Part shown: in pieces, positions 1 through 12,827 of the stretch
Position numbering within the stretch: position 1 is the first letter of the stretch
Layout of the letters: every line of letters starts with the position of its first letter
Source: Eledone cirrhosa
Taxonomy: Eukaryota
Direction of reading: 5' to 3'
Length of the DNA: 64,000 nucleotides
Assembly: GCA_964016885.1 (NCBI GenBank)
Contig: OZ024746.1
Location: forward strand, 63,116,001 to 63,180,000
Notes under the pieces: model-generated
Seen by the model: only the letters and a program-made list of their open reading frames with translations
What the model was told of the DNA's origin: nothing
Databases searched by the model: none
Made by a program: the position numbers and the translations under genes

Positions 1-511
1 ACAACAACAATACAAACAACAATAATAACAACAGCAACGATAACACCGATGACGACGACGACGACCATGACAACAACAACAACAACAACAACAGCAACAG
101 CAACACACACACAACAACCACAACAACAACAACATCAACAGCAACAGCAACAGCAACAGTAACACCTATAACAACAACAACAACAACAACACAACAACAA
201 CCACAACAACAGCAACAGCAACAGCAATAGTAACACCTATAACAACAACAACAGCAACAGCAACACACACAACAACCACAACAACAACAACATCAACAGC
301 AACAGCAACAGCAACAGTAACACCTATAACAACAACAACAACAACACAACAACAACAACAGCAACAGCAACAGCAATAGTAACACCTATAACAACAACAA
401 CAACAGCAACAGCAACAGCAACAACAGTAGGAACACCTATAACAACAACAACAACACCCACCACCACCACCACCACCACAGCAACAACAACAACAACAAC
501 ACATCAGCAAC
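1..511. repeat. Compound (AAC)n/(AGC)n/(ACC)n microsatellite with recurring AGTAACACCTATAAC interruptions
   Basis: Direct reading; explains the spurious poly-C/poly-V ORF. Confidence 0.95.
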
Positions 512-850
512 ATATTCTACAGTGCAATATTTATATTTTCTAACACCATACAATCACTTCAAGATGGTTAAATAAGTGTGTAATAATATTAAGAAATATT
601 CAGCCGTTTATTTGTTCCTTTTACTATTTTATTTCGTTTCTTCACAAGAATAATATAACATGAATAAATATTGATAAATGTGTATGTTGTTGTTGGCTTA
701 ATGCATTGAGTATGTTTAACTTAACAACCTGAGGGGGGGAGGTTTTGAGGGACGTAGGCGAAGGTATGAACAATGTTATGTCAAGTTTGTTATATATCTA
801 GGCTTGGTTTTTTTTTACATTGCCGAACCTATTGTAACGTTTCCTCACTC

Positions 851-905
851 ACTCACACACACACATACACACACACATACACACACAGAGACAAACAGAC
901 AGTCA

Positions 906-994
<89 letters not shown>
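851..994. repeat. (AC)n microsatellite
   Basis: Direct reading. Confidence 0.97.
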
Positions 995-998
<4 letters not shown>

Positions 999-1311
999 AA
1001 ACAAATCATAGATGACAGCATGTTAAATATATTTTCTAAATATGCCATACAAAGAATAATGGGGTCGACCAGTTACAAAGTTAGCGGAAGTTAAAGTGAC
1101 CGGAAGTTGATATATTATATTAAATGGTAGAATTAATATTGATTTGTCAGCATTGAACTTGATTTGTTTTGCTTTAAATTCGTTAACAACCCGAACAGCA
1201 ACAATAACAGTAGTACCACTAATGACTTGTGATTGTAACGAAGCCAATTTGGAAGATATGTATAGCCAATTAGAGCAAAGTCAAATATCAATGCATGAGT
1301 TGGCGTTGGAA

Positions 1312-1720
1312 CAACCATAGTGGTTCTAGGGGAGGCTTGACCCAGAATTGCAGTTCAATTTAAGATGCATTCCGTGGAAAAGTATATCTATATTAATCTT
1401 CGCAAGTTCGGGGTCCTGTTTTCAGTATTGGATCCCTCTATAATATAACCATAGTGGTTAAATAGTAGAATTGCAGCTCAATTAAAGATGCATTCCGTGG
1501 AAAAATATGTCTATTTTAATCTTAGCAAGTTTCGGGTCCTGTTTTCAGTATCGGATCACTGTATTATATAACCATAGTGGTTAAATATTAGAGTTCTGGG
1601 GCAGGGGTTGACCCAGAATTGCAGCTCAATTTAAGATGCATTTCGTGGAAAAGTATGTCTATTTTAATCTTAGCCAGTTTTTGGTCCTGTTTTCAGTATT
1701 GGACCACTGTATTATACAAC
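1312..1720. repeat. Three diverged tandem copies of a ~125-150 bp unit
   Basis: Units begin ACCATAGTGGTT (~1314, ~1448, ~1571) and share AGAATTGCAG(C/T)TCAATT..AGATGCATT..GTGGAAAA...GTCCTGTTTTCAGTAT. Confidence 0.85.
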
Positions 1721-2117
1721 GGTATTTGGTCAGCAATCAAGATAATGTTTTCCTGTCAGTCTGTTAAGGGTTTTCCCCAAAAACACTGTTACTATACGAC
1801 GAATTATCAATACGACTAATCACTGACCAGGAATCTCTGCAGATGTTGCTGTTGTAGAACGTCCATGACTTTGGATCATCACCCGCTGCATTTCTAGTTC
1901 ACTCTAGAGATGCTTCGATGTCTTGGAAGATATATTTGTGGAAACATCTCATTCGCTAGCGTTAGTAAGCGACTGAAATGGCACATTGTACACATGCAGA
2001 GATTGTGTGAAAGATTCGGATAGAAGATAAGTATAAAAACTGCAAACTTGCTTATGCAGATACCGACTGGATTTCCCGAATATATCAATGTTGATTTGAA
2101 TAAACCATATCGGGTCA
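1720..2117 (-). mobile_element. Possible highly degraded piggyBac-like transposase remnant
   Basis: Minus-strand peptides LLTLANEMFPQIYLP..SIS and KTLNRLTGKHYL loosely recall piggyBac motifs; frames are broken. Confidence 0.25.
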
Positions 2118-2234
2118 TGAAGAAGAAGAAGAAGAAGAAGAAGAAGAAGAAGAAGAAGAAGAAGAAGAAGAAGAAGAAGAAGAAGAAGAAGAAGAAGAAG
2201 AAGAAGAAGAAGAAGAAGAAGAAGAAGAAGAAGA
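2118..2234. repeat. (GAA)n microsatellite
   Basis: Direct reading. Confidence 0.97.
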
Positions 2235-2439
2235 ATGCAACATAGAAAATAAATGCATGGAATGTTTTTATCAACAACATGTAATCTAAACACAGGAACG
2301 GTGTAAACAACAATAACAATGACAACGGTGATGATGTGGAGGGGAGGAGGGGAGGAGGAGGAGGAGTAACCACTCTCGATGCAATCAGTAATCAATAATT
2401 ATCTGCACTGGTTAAACTTCCCCGGTTATTTTCTTGGGA

Positions 2440-2615
2440 GATTATGGCGGTGAAACCTTTGTCAGTTTTAATGACAAGCATTCAGTTGATTGGTCAACTG
2501 AACCCCCACTCGTGAAATTTGCATGTAAGTGGCTGAGTATTCCACAGTCACGAGCACTCTTAACATATTTTTTCAGCAGACTAAATTTGCGTGACTCTGA
2601 GACAAGGTTTAACAA
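2440..2615 (+). mobile_element. Degraded copy of a second SINE-like family
   Basis: Similar to 2940-3150 (CTCGTGAAATT..GCA..AAGTGGCTGAG.ATT.CACAG). Confidence 0.55.
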
Positions 2616-2738
2616 TCTAGAGGGAGAGAAAGTGTGTGAGTGAGTGAGTGAGAGAGAGGTGGAGAGAGTTTATTGTACGAAATTGAAGACAAAGATAGCT
2701 CTGATACCGTCTTCGATTTCGTTCCATGGTTAGGATAG

Positions 2739-2932
2739 CAGACCTGCCAACCCCTAAAAACCCAAACGTGGAGTACCATGAAAAAAAGTGCCCCAAAACT
2801 TGGAGAAATTAGGCAAAATGGGGAGATTTTACATAATGAAAGCTGTACCCATTTTCACACGAGAAGACATCTCTCACCCACCCCAAAGTGGGCGGAAAAT
2901 CTCCCCGTCGGACTGGGAAATTTGACAGGTCT
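2739..2932. mobile_element. Putative MITE (hAT-like)
   Basis: TIRs AGACCTGCCAA ... TTGACAGGTCT; flanking near-direct repeat TAGGATAG/TAGGGTAG. Confidence 0.5.
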
Positions 2933-2939
2933 AGGGTAG

Positions 2940-3150
2940 TGTTTGTTTAAATCGTTAAATACCCGTAGCAGAATACGGGCACTCCATCGATTACGACGAC
3001 GAGTGTTTCAGTTGATTCGATCAACAGAACAGTCCGCTCGTGAAGTTAATGTGCAAGTGGCTGAGCATTTCACAGACACGTGTACCCATACTGTATACCC
3101 ATAGTGTGAACCCTTAACGGGAGATTCAAAGTGACACAGAATTTGACAAA
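2940..3150 (+). mobile_element. SINE-like repeat (second family)
   Basis: CTCCATCGATTACGACGACGAG...CTCGTGAAGTTAATGTGCAAGTGGCTGAGC...GTGACACAGA; resembles an abundant octopod repeat as I recall it; second copy at 2440. Confidence 0.6.
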
Positions 3151-3151
3151 T

Positions 3152-3333
3152 AATTGTTTCTACTTTTGGCACAAGGCCAACAATTACCCAGTGTATTACT
3201 GGTACTTTATTTTATCGACCCCGTAAGGATGAAAACCAAAGTTAACCTCGGCGGGATTTGAACTCAGATCATAAAGGGAGGTAACTCTATGCGTCAAAGC
3301 ATGGCGTCCGACCCTCTACCGATACTGCCAATC
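3152..3333 (-). mobile_element. tRNA-derived SINE
   Basis: Reverse complement of the SINE at 63695 (A box, B box GAGTTCAAATCC, core TTTCATCCTTACGGGGTCGATAAA). Confidence 0.9.
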
Positions 3334-3834
3334 CAAAGGTAAGCTTCTATAAACAGCAGCACTTTTCGATAACCAAAGGTAATTTTAAAAGCTTAGTTTG
3401 ATCAATTTTACAACACTAATTGTTAGTTGTTACAGATGAATATTACAAATGTATATATATATTATTATCTGAGATTAAAATACGACGTATGGTGGAGGAA
3501 TACAATTAAATTAGAATCAAAATATGTGTTCATATGTACAAATCCTTAAACAGCTTTTGATTGTTTAAAATACTTATAAATGCCAAAAGCTACACAGAAA
3601 TATGTGTAGCTTTTGGCTACACAAAAGAAGAAATGAATTCAAGCTATTCAGTTGATAGATTTGAAATGAAATGTGTGTAAAACCAAATTTTTGTCCAGCA
3701 GAAAAATATTATTAATCGTGTTTCTATCTCAATGAACATTTTATGGTTCCACTGCGAACAAATAGTTGAAACTTAGTTCAGATTCTACTGAATAAATATT
3801 ATTGTTGTTAACAGAGTTTTGTAGCTTATCATGA

Positions 3835-4035
3835 GCGGAGGATTGGCAGTATTGGTAGAACATCAGACAACATGCTTTGTGGCATATAGTTTCGGTCCTT
3901 CACGTTCTGAGTTCATATCCTGCTGAGGCTAGCTTTGCCTTTCATCCTTACAGGATCGATAAAATAAATGCCTGTAACGCACTGGGGTCAATTTGATCGA
4001 CTTTCCCTTTCAATTCAAATTGTAGAAACCATTAT
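3835..4035 (+). mobile_element. tRNA-derived SINE (diverged)
   Basis: GGATTGGCAGTATTGGTAG...GAGTTCATATCC...TTTGCCTTTCATCCTTACAGGATCGATAAAA. Confidence 0.85.
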
Positions 4036-4518
4036 TCAAAAGTAGAAACCATTATTTTTTATCATAATTTTTATCATAATGGTTAATTCCCACATTCAGA
4101 GAGGGCGACTCCATGGCAATCATGCAAGACCAGGTCTGCTCAGTCATGATTGATCCGAGGCTAAACACCATGTCATATTTTAATGTGACAGCTAGCTACA
4201 ATAAAAATGTCACCTAAAATGTACAATTCGACACATTACACAATAAAGAGATAGTTTAATGTACTATGTAGTACTTGTGCGTATAAGGTATTTCAAATAT
4301 TTCATTGCTGTTTAAATTATCAATTACTTTATTCGTTCATTTTTAATTTGTTGAACTCTTTATGTTATCAGGTATTAGATTACTTAATAACTTTTAATAA
4401 CTAATTCCTCTGCTAACGAAATACAGGCGACGCCTAAGTGAGTATTGAATACAAATTTACTAACTAGTTTAGTAAAACTATACACACCTTATATAAACAT
4501 TCAATTTGTAAATAATAA

Positions 4519-4740
4519 TGGTTTCTTATATAAGCACAAGGCCTGCAATTTTATTTTATTTTTTTGGGGGGGGGGGAGTTGATTAAATCTACCCCAGTGC
4601 AATACTGGTGCTTTATTTTATCGACCCCGTAAGGATGAAAGGCAAAGTTAACGTCGGCGGGATTTGAACTGAGAACGTAAAGGGCCATAACTCTATGGCA
4701 CTAAGTATGTTGTCCGACGCTCTACCGTTTCTGCCAATCC

Positions 4741-4741
<1 letters not shown>
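4519..4741 (-). mobile_element. tRNA-derived SINE
   Basis: Same family core on minus strand. Confidence 0.88.

Positions 4742-4788
<47 letters not shown>
4741..4788. repeat. (AAT)n microsatellite at LINE 3' end
   Basis: Direct reading. Confidence 0.95.
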
Positions 4789-4789
<1 letters not shown>

Positions 4790-6420
4790 TTTTTTTTATT
4801 AACCACAAGGGTTTACATAAAGTAGACATTAAGGACAGTGCAGGACAATACAGGACGGTACAAATGGGCATTTCTGCGTGTAAAAAACAAAAACAGAGGA
4901 TGTAACAAAAAATAACAATGAAAAATTCCCCAATAGGGGGGAGACTTCGGAGGGACATTTGTGGAGAAAGCCCAGTAAAAGGCCACAATGACCCTGACCA
5001 CCAAGGCAAGTGCCCTCTCCCAGTTTTCCACCTTTAATTTACAGAGTAGGCCCATTCACTCGGGCCATTCTTGCTTCTCTCACCCATCTTTCAACAAAAT
5101 GCTGGGAAGAGAGCACTTCCCTCTCTACTCTGATTTTCCTTTTCAAATGAAATTTGAAAAAGTCAATCAGAGCATCACCGAAGAGGTAAGTGCTCGTCTT
5201 CAGCCCTTTCAAACGTGTCCACCATACTATCTCTTTCGCCATGGCCACCAGACAGATAAAAACTGCCTGCCCTTCCCGGCTAAAGGAGGAGGGCGGGGCA
5301 ATCCTCACGATGGACTCAGATGATAGCCGGATCCGTCCTAAATGCGACAGCAGATGTTCGACATAAACCCACAAGTCAGCAATTTTCGGACACTGGACGA
5401 GTGCGTGCAGGACGGTTTCGTCGCCCTGCGCGCATCTCGGACATGCCCGGCTGACGGCACCTCCATGCCTGTAGAGTTTATCCCGAACTGGCAAGGCTCC
5501 TCGGTAGCACTGCCAGGCCAGAGATTTCTGGAAGTTGTCCATAGGCCCTGGCCCGAAAGTTCTTCCGAAGAGATTAGCTAGTTGATTTTCGTCGACGCCT
5601 AGAGTTTCCCCAAGTACGTCGCTCTTCCCCTCCACTAATCCTCTATAGAACGCCGAGGTTGAGTTTCCACCGATCACATTGCCCGATTGGTCGAGGGCTG
5701 TGAGCGCCTGAAGACATTCCAGTCTCCAGGCGCTCCCTCTCGGTCTTCGCTTGACCCAGGACTGCAGCTCCGTCAAGGAAACGAGCTGGTGAAATACGTG
5801 TCTAGCAAACGGCGACCACACCTGATCACCGTCGAGGAAGAGGTGGAGATGTCGTAGCCTGAGCGCGTGCCTGCGCATCATCAGCCACGGCATGCCCAGC
5901 CCTCAACGTAGCGGGTGTTGACAACAGACGGACCGCCTGACCATCGGAGCACGTCCCTTCCACAAAAAGCGAAAGAGCAAACGCTCCAGCGCAGTCAGGC
6001 GAGGCTTAAGACAAGATACGACGGTCAGGCGGTAGCAGATGACAGACGCGATGTACGCGTTAGCCACCTCCGCTCGACCTTTCAGGGATAGCTTCCTCTC
6101 CGCCCATTTCTGGGTGAGAGAAGCCACCCTGCTCGTCACCTCGTCCCAGTTTTTCGCAGGACTCTTTCCTCAGACGAGTTGTTATCGATCCGATTTTACG
6201 GAGGAGGTCAGCTCTCCGGGATCCAAGGACACCTGAGGTCTCGACTGCGACCGATGCAAAGAGGAAACGGCCGGACAAGCTCCTGTATTTGTTAGTCTTC
6301 CTGTCCTCTGCATTGTGAGCTGCTGTAACCGGATTTTGTGGCCGAGGCGAAATGCCTTTGCCATTTTGCCCGTGAGGCGCAACCGAAACACCGCTCTTAC
6401 CTAGGTGTAGAGTCTGTTAC
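4790..6420 (-). mobile_element. 5'-truncated, rearranged non-LTR retrotransposon (L1/Tx1-like)
   Basis: GC-rich block with post-RT motif W..RKLSLKGRAEVAN...FLW...P...GG.G.P, zf-RVT knuckle, 3' UTR ending AATAAA + A tract. Confidence 0.85.
5039..6139 (-). pseudogene. Frameshifted ORF2 C-terminus (RT-associated region + zf-RVT CCHC domain) of Tx1/L1-like LINE
   Basis: ORFs 5903-6139 and 5039-5893; CPRCAQGDETVLHALVQC. Confidence 0.85.
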
Positions 6421-6634
6421 CCTCCACCTTCCCCTTTCTTTATTCCTTTGTCAAGTAGCCCTTGCTCTTCCTCTCATTTTCCTCACATATGTGACATTTA
6501 TAGTCCTTTCCCGTGCTGCTTTCTTTTTCTCTGTTTAACCAAATAAAAATAAAATATTTATTTAGTAAATGGTATATAAATGTTATTAGCAATTATATAT
6601 AAAAACAAAAATAACATTGCAAAATTAAAACATG

Positions 6635-6707
6635 CGACCACAACGAGACTCGAACTCGCAATCTTCTGATTCGAAGTCAGACGCCTTATCCATTAGGCCA
6701 TGCGGCC
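6635..6707 (-). tRNA. trnR-UCG: tRNA-Arg(UCG), consensus
   Basis: Cloverleaf, A/B boxes, anticodon TCG. Confidence 0.95.
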
Positions 6708-6866
6708 AACCTGACAATCTCTCTAGAAATTAGTCCTAATATATCGCCATCTAAAGAATAAACTGTGTGAATTTTGGAGTGTATAGAAAAGCCACTGAAC
6801 ATGATAGAAAGAAAAAGACATAGGGAATGCGATAAGAGCAAAAAAAAATAATAAAGTTTGTAACTA

Positions 6867-6939
6867 CGACCACAACGAGACTCGAACTCGCAATCTTCTG
6901 ATTCGAAGTCAGACGCCTTATCCATTAGGCCATGCGGCC
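6867..6939 (-). tRNA. trnR-UCG: tRNA-Arg(UCG), consensus
   Basis: Identical to consensus. Confidence 0.95.
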
Positions 6940-7109
6940 AACTTGTCAGTAGATCTAGAAATTAGTCCTAATATATTGTCAAATGATTTATATTTATATA
7001 TTTGACCTAAGTATGTTTTCAAAAGATCATATTTACTGGTAATTGATATAGGTTTGAAAAAGTTAAATAAGAACTATTGTAAGTCTTTTCTACATTGGCC
7101 TTTGTGTGG

Positions 7110-7380
7110 GGTTTGGGCTTGGAAAATGGCATTTGGGCTGAACCAATGCGCCAGGGTCAGTTTCAAAATGGTAAATTGATTAAGTCAGTATACACTGACA
7201 CTGAAATCTGCCAGATATTCAAGGAACAAATGAGTTATATAGATTAGATATCTGGGGGGTCGGCACACTAGAGTGTAAGAAGTAATTAAAAAAAAAAAAA
7301 AGGAATATATCCAACCAGCTGAGATGATTCTAAAGAGTGAAGTCCTAGCAACAAAAACATAATTTCAATGAGGTAAACTA
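7110..7380 (+). mobile_element. Degraded non-LTR RT fragment (R4/Dong-like)
   Basis: MAFGLNQCARVSFK..GKL...RYLG...ILKSE resembles the post-YADD M.FGLDKCA...YKYLG region; frameshifted. Confidence 0.45.
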
Positions 7381-8522
7381 AAATATGCAAGAAAGAGAGA
7401 GAGGGTGGAGACAGAAGCAAAATACAAAACTATCGTCATAATTTAGACTACATTAACCCAAAACTTATTCACATCACATTTATATTCCTTGGCAGGATAG
7501 AAGAACGGGTTGTGTTACATTTGAGATGGTATATAAAACATGTATAATTGAACTAGACATATCTAAACAAAGCAGAACATTCTACAAGAAGTTGCTAAAC
7601 ATGACAAAAGCAAATGATCACATTGAATATACACAGAAGCACAGAAATATTTAACAGGAATAGCTACTCCGCCCAAAAATTCCTTAAAAACCACGAACTT
7701 AATTAATACTAAACACACACACACACACTGCAGAAAAAACAGGTACATCAACGCATGAAAATGAAAGCATTATTCAGCTCGTTGGAAAAAAAACTTACTC
7801 ATCAACCCAGTTCAACCCTTGATTCTCAAACCTGTTGTTTCTTTTTTCTTTTTACCCTTTTGTTAATTCAACGGGCAGTGCTCATATGAACTTGCTAGTA
7901 GCATACCACTTCCAGTCAGGCCCACTCGTTCTCAGCATTCTCTTATAATCTCTGCTGTCTCACCTTTTATATATTGCACTAACACATCTCCAATCTTTCC
8001 TACCCAGAGCTGAAGTTCTCTGAATTCCTTCCCGACTACATTACTCCGGCAGTTGCTCAAACTGAACGTCAGCTTCATCAATCTTACAAGCCTACATGAC
8101 CTACAAATGTTAAGGGCATTGCATGCTTCAATTCCTCTGGCTAACTAATGAAAAAAATAATAATAGGTGATACCTAAATGAATATTGAATACAACTTTAC
8201 TATGTACATAGTTTAATAAAAGCATAGCCACATTTTACATACATTCTGAAGTAATTAGTTTGTAGCTTGTCAAAGTTGTTTCTTTGTCACTTGAGTCAAG
8301 CAGTAAACCTTTCCCAGCTTTTATATGTTTAAGTAAGATATTGCCGAAAATGTAAGAGAGAAAAATGCAAGTATATATAGAGTCAAATAGAGTTTATACG
8401 GAAATCTTAGAGTTGTGAAACTATGTAAATTGTGGTGTATATTAAAAAAAAAAAGACACTGAACATGGTAGAGGGAGAAAGACAGAGAGAATGCCAGTGA
8501 GTGAAAAAAAAAACGGTTAATA

Positions 8523-8581
8523 CAACCACAACGAGACTCGAACTCGCAATCTTCTAATCTTATCCATTAGGCTATGCGGCC
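8523..8581 (-). pseudogene. tRNA-Arg pseudogene with 14-nt deletion of the anticodon arm
   Basis: 59 nt; ends match consensus. Confidence 0.9.
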
Positions 8582-8599
8582 AACCTGACAGCTGTTTCT

Positions 8600-8750
8600 G
8601 ACATTTGCAGCATAGTTACGTCCCTTTACGGACTGAGTTCAAATCCCGCCGAGGTTAACTTTGCCTTTCATCCTTACGGGGTCGATAAAATAAAGTACCA
8701 GTAATGCACTGGGTAATTGCTGGCCTTGTGCCAAAAGTAGAAACAATTAT
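8600..8750 (+). mobile_element. 5'-truncated tRNA-derived SINE
   Basis: B box and core present; homologous empty site near 50395. Confidence 0.85.
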
Positions 8751-8799
8751 TACAAATATATTATGTCAAATGATTTAATGGTAATATTTTAAAGTATTT

Positions 8800-9600
8800 T
8801 GACAACATTTATTGTTTAATTAACGCTCTCCATTCTTGGCTCTCCGTTTCTCTCGAAAGCAGTATGAGAATGTTGGAGACCAAGCATGCCGACCTGTCTA
8901 ATATGACTGAGAGGTTGCGCTTCGTTGACGTCCACTCATCTCTCTTCCTCCTTAGGAACTGCTTCACCCTTCCAAAATGCATATTCCTGCTGCGCGGTGC
9001 GTCTTGTCAAAGTTTCGCAAATAACCTCAGTGAACTCGATGCTACCTTCCGGCGCTGTGCGGAACTCGTCTTCAATGTTAGTTTCCAGAGTGCCGACAGG
9101 CAAAGGCGAAGCTGCCCGTGAGGTTTGGTGGCCACGGCTTCCGATCTGCATTGGATATGGCACTGCTGGCTTGCCTCTACTCAATTTCATCCAGTCGAAC
9201 CCTCATCATAGAGGTCCTCCACAAGACGGCAGAACCTGGCGTGGTTCCAGACTGGAATTAGGTCAAGCCGACTAGACCGGTGAAGGTCACTTTGTCCCCC
9301 AGTATACAAATATCCATCGTAATCTGGACGACATCAACTGCAGGTCTTGCTTCGCAGCCAAACAGCGGCGCATGATTCGATTCGATGCCTTCCTCATCGA
9401 CCGGTACCCTTCTTGATGACGAGTGCACTCACATCGGAGTAGCCTAGTACCTTGGCTTCGCGTGTGTGAGCCACATAAATACCATTGTTGAGGTGTCGTC
9501 ATGGAGTTCAGGCTGCGCCCACTTTCATGCATTCAGAGCTCAGACAGGTTCCCCGAACAAGTTGCTCTGAACGACATAATAGGGAGTCTAGACGCAGCCA
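8800..9600 (+). mobile_element. Degraded CRE-like (RLE-type) non-LTR retrotransposon fragment
   Basis: D.H..LFLLRNCFTLPKCIFLLR...LPVRFGGHG and PSSSTGTLLDD..IGVA..LG...LNDII motifs across broken frames. Confidence 0.7.
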
Positions 9601-9990
9601 GTTTAAAATCTTATTCATACCTATTTAAGAAAAACTAGGAGAGAAAAATAAAAGTATCTATTGAATCAAATAGAGTTTATACGTAAATCTGAGAGTTGAG
9701 ATAATGTTGAAATTTTCTGAAGAGTTCTATTATTAGAAGAATTATCATAACAAGTTGAACCAGTAATGTAATGTATTACAAGGTGTTTCTGTTAAAGAAA
9801 TATATTTATAACATATTGAAAAAAGGAAGGTTGGTACACTACATGATGTCTGTGTAGAGATGTTATGTTGTGCTTAGTTTGAATAGAATAAACTGTGTAA
9901 ATTGTGGTGTGTAGAGATAAGATACTAAACCTGATAGAGAGGGACAGTTAGAGAGAACGCCAGAGAGTAAAAGCAAAATGGCACTTATTA

Positions 9991-10063
9991 CGACCACAAC
10001 GAGACTCGAACTCGCAATCTTCTGATTCGAAGTCAGACGCCTTATCCATTAGGCCATGCGGCC
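9991..10063 (-). tRNA. trnR-UCG: tRNA-Arg(UCG), consensus
   Basis: Identical to consensus. Confidence 0.95.
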
Positions 10064-10856
10064 AACCAGGCAGCTGTTTCAGATATCAGCTCTAAACTCT
10101 TATATCAAACGAATTGGAGACAATATATATTTAGTATACAATGTATATACATGTGATTATGTAGCAAGTTATCCGGCGTTGCTTTGGAAATAAAACACTC
10201 GGTTGTTGGACAATCTGTTACAAAATAGATGTGGGAATTATTTCTATTTTTTCTTTCTTTGAAACCTAATGTTTATATTGTTTGACAAAAATACATGGTT
10301 CAAAATATCTATCACATCTGACAAAATATAGTCAAAGAATTCTTAGTGAAATGTTTCACGATAAACAACGTTCTTAACTTTCCCGCGATGATCATTTATA
10401 TAAAGATTGTTCTCACTTCCAACATGTCAACATCCAACATATATCTGTCCATGAGAGAAACAGGACTCTTACAACTATAGTCCAGTCATATTTAATGTCT
10501 GACATTGAGATAATATTTTTATTGACTTTGTAAAGCTAAGAGATATGTTACCAAGATGTATGACATATGATAGTTGTGACTACTTTAAGACTGTAAAACT
10601 GATATGAATCGAGAAGATAGTGAATGTGACACAATATATGTTGTTGTGATGACCTGGCTGTAGTTTAGTTGAAGTATCTGATATTAATTTGAGTAAGTTG
10701 GTTTATACCCAAGAATACGTGACTGAGCAAGGTTTAAATACTCAGTAAAATCTTATTCATTCGATCTTAAGTTTGATATTGACGAAAATCTAAGAGAGAA
10801 AAGTGAAAGTATTGATATAAGATTTTACAGCTGATATCTAAAGAACTTGCCAGGTT

Positions 10857-10929
10857 GGCCGCATGGCCTAATGGATAAGGCGTCTGACTTCGAATCAGAA
10901 GATTGCGAGTTCGAGTCTCGTTGTGGTCG
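10857..10929 (+). tRNA. trnR-UCG: tRNA-Arg(UCG), consensus
   Basis: Identical to consensus. Confidence 0.95.
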
Positions 10930-11097
10930 CAATAGGACAAATTTTGTTTTTATTCTCTTGCAATATATTTCTTTTACAGAAACACCTTGTAATACATTAC
11001 ATTACAGGTTCAACTTGTTATAATAATTCTTCTAATAGAAAATTTCAACATTATCTCAACTCTCAGATTAACGTATAAACTCTATTTGATACAATAG

Positions 11098-11259
11098 ATA
11101 CTTTCACTTTTCTCCCTTAGATTTTCCTCAATAACAAACTTAAGATCGAATGAATAAGATTTTACTGAGTATTTAATGGTTTAAATACTCAGTAAAATCT
11201 TATTCATTCGATCTTAAGTTTGATATTGACGAAAATCTAAGAGAGAAAAGTGAAAGTAT
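11098..11259. repeat. Near-perfect palindrome, ~79 bp arms, 4-nt loop
   Basis: ...TTTACTGAGTATTTAA TGGT TTAAATACTCAGTAAA... Confidence 0.9.
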
Positions 11260-11303
11260 TGATATAAGATTTTACAGCTGATATCTAAAGAACTTGCCAG
11301 GTT

Positions 11304-11376
11304 GGCCGCATGGCCTAATGGGTAAGGCGTCTGACTTCGAATCTGAAGATTACGTGTCCGATTCTCGTTGTGGTCG
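11304..11376 (+). pseudogene. tRNA-Arg(UCG) degenerate subfamily B
   Basis: A20G, A41U, T-arm/B box altered (GTCCGATTC). Confidence 0.85.
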
Positions 11377-11954
11377 CGGGAATGCTGTTTCTGTTTTTAC
11401 TCTTCCTCTCATTCTCACCCTCTCGCTCTCTCCCGCAATCTATTTTTCATGCGCATCACATATCCTTGTTTATCATAAAACCTAAGAATAATAATTTTTT
11501 GACTAAGTTTTGTCAGAGGTAAGAGATTTTTGAACCATTTACCTTTTCAAGAAATATAAATATTTATTTCCAAAAAGCAAAAAGCAAAATGGCGGGAAAG
11601 TTAAGAACGTTGTTTATCATAAAACATTTTACTAAGAATTCTTTGACTATATTTTCTCAGAGGTGATATATTTTTTGAACCGTGTATCTTGTTCAAACAA
11701 TATAAACATTTATTTCAAAAAACAAAACAAAAAACAAAAATATATGCACAATTCCCACAGCTATTGAGTAATAGAGTGACGAACAACTAAATGTTTTATT
11801 TCCAAGGTAACACCGGATAAACTACTGCGTACTTATATGAGAAAGTGTGGTATTACGGCAATCTATGTATACCATTAAAGAAGGACATGAAAAAGTTATC
11901 ATAAATAATTCAACATATTAAATTAGGACTAATTTCCAGCATGTCTAGCAGGTC

Positions 11955-12027
11955 GGCCGCGTGGCCTAATGGGTAAGGCGTCTGACTTCGAATCAGAAGA
12001 TTGCGAGTTCGAGTCTCGTTGTGGTCG
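11955..12027 (+). tRNA. trnR-UCG: tRNA-Arg(UCG) variant (A7G, A20G)
   Basis: Cloverleaf intact. Confidence 0.85.
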
Positions 12028-12754
12028 CAATAGGACAAATTTTGTTTTTATTCTCTTGCAATATTTTTCTTTTACAGAAACACCTTGTAATACATCACAT
12101 TACTGGTTCAACTTGTTATAATAATTCTTCTAATAGAAAATTTCAACATTATCTCAACTCTCAGATTTACGTATAAACTCTATTTGATACAATAGATACT
12201 TTCACTTTTCTCTCTTAGATTTTCCTCAATAACAAACTTAAGATCGAATGAATAAGATTTTACTGAGTATTTAAACCTTGCCCAGTCACGTATTCTTGGG
12301 TATAAACCAAATTACTCAAATTAATATCAGATATTTCAACTAAACTACAGCCAGGACATCACAGCAACATATATTGTGTCACATTCACTATCTTCTCGAT
12401 TCATATCTGTTTTAGAGTCTTAAAGTAGTCACAACTATCATATGTCATACATCTTGGTAACATATGTCTTTACAATGTCAATAAAAATATTATCTCCATG
12501 TCAGACATTTAATATGACTGGACTATAGTTGTAAGAGTCCTGTTTCTCTCATAGACAGATATATGTTGGATGTTGACATGTTGGAAGTGAGAACAATCTT
12601 TATATAAATGATCAACCGAGTGTTTTATTTCCAAAGCAACGCCGGATAACTTGCTACATAATCACATGTATATACGTGGTATAATAAATATATATTGTCT
12701 CCAATTCATTTGATATAAGATTTTAGAGCTGATATCTGAAACAGCTGCCATGTT

Positions 12755-12827
12755 GGTCGCATGGACTAATGGATAAGGCGTCTGACTTCGAATCAGAAGA
12801 TTGCGAGTTCGAGTCTCGTTGTGGTCG
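12755..12827 (+). tRNA. trnR-UCG: tRNA-Arg(UCG) variant (C3U, C11A)
   Basis: One D-stem mismatch. Confidence 0.7.

Noticed and set aside
166-2395. Homopolymeric ORFs (poly-C/V, HT repeats, poly-K/F/L)
   Set aside because: They are microsatellite translations
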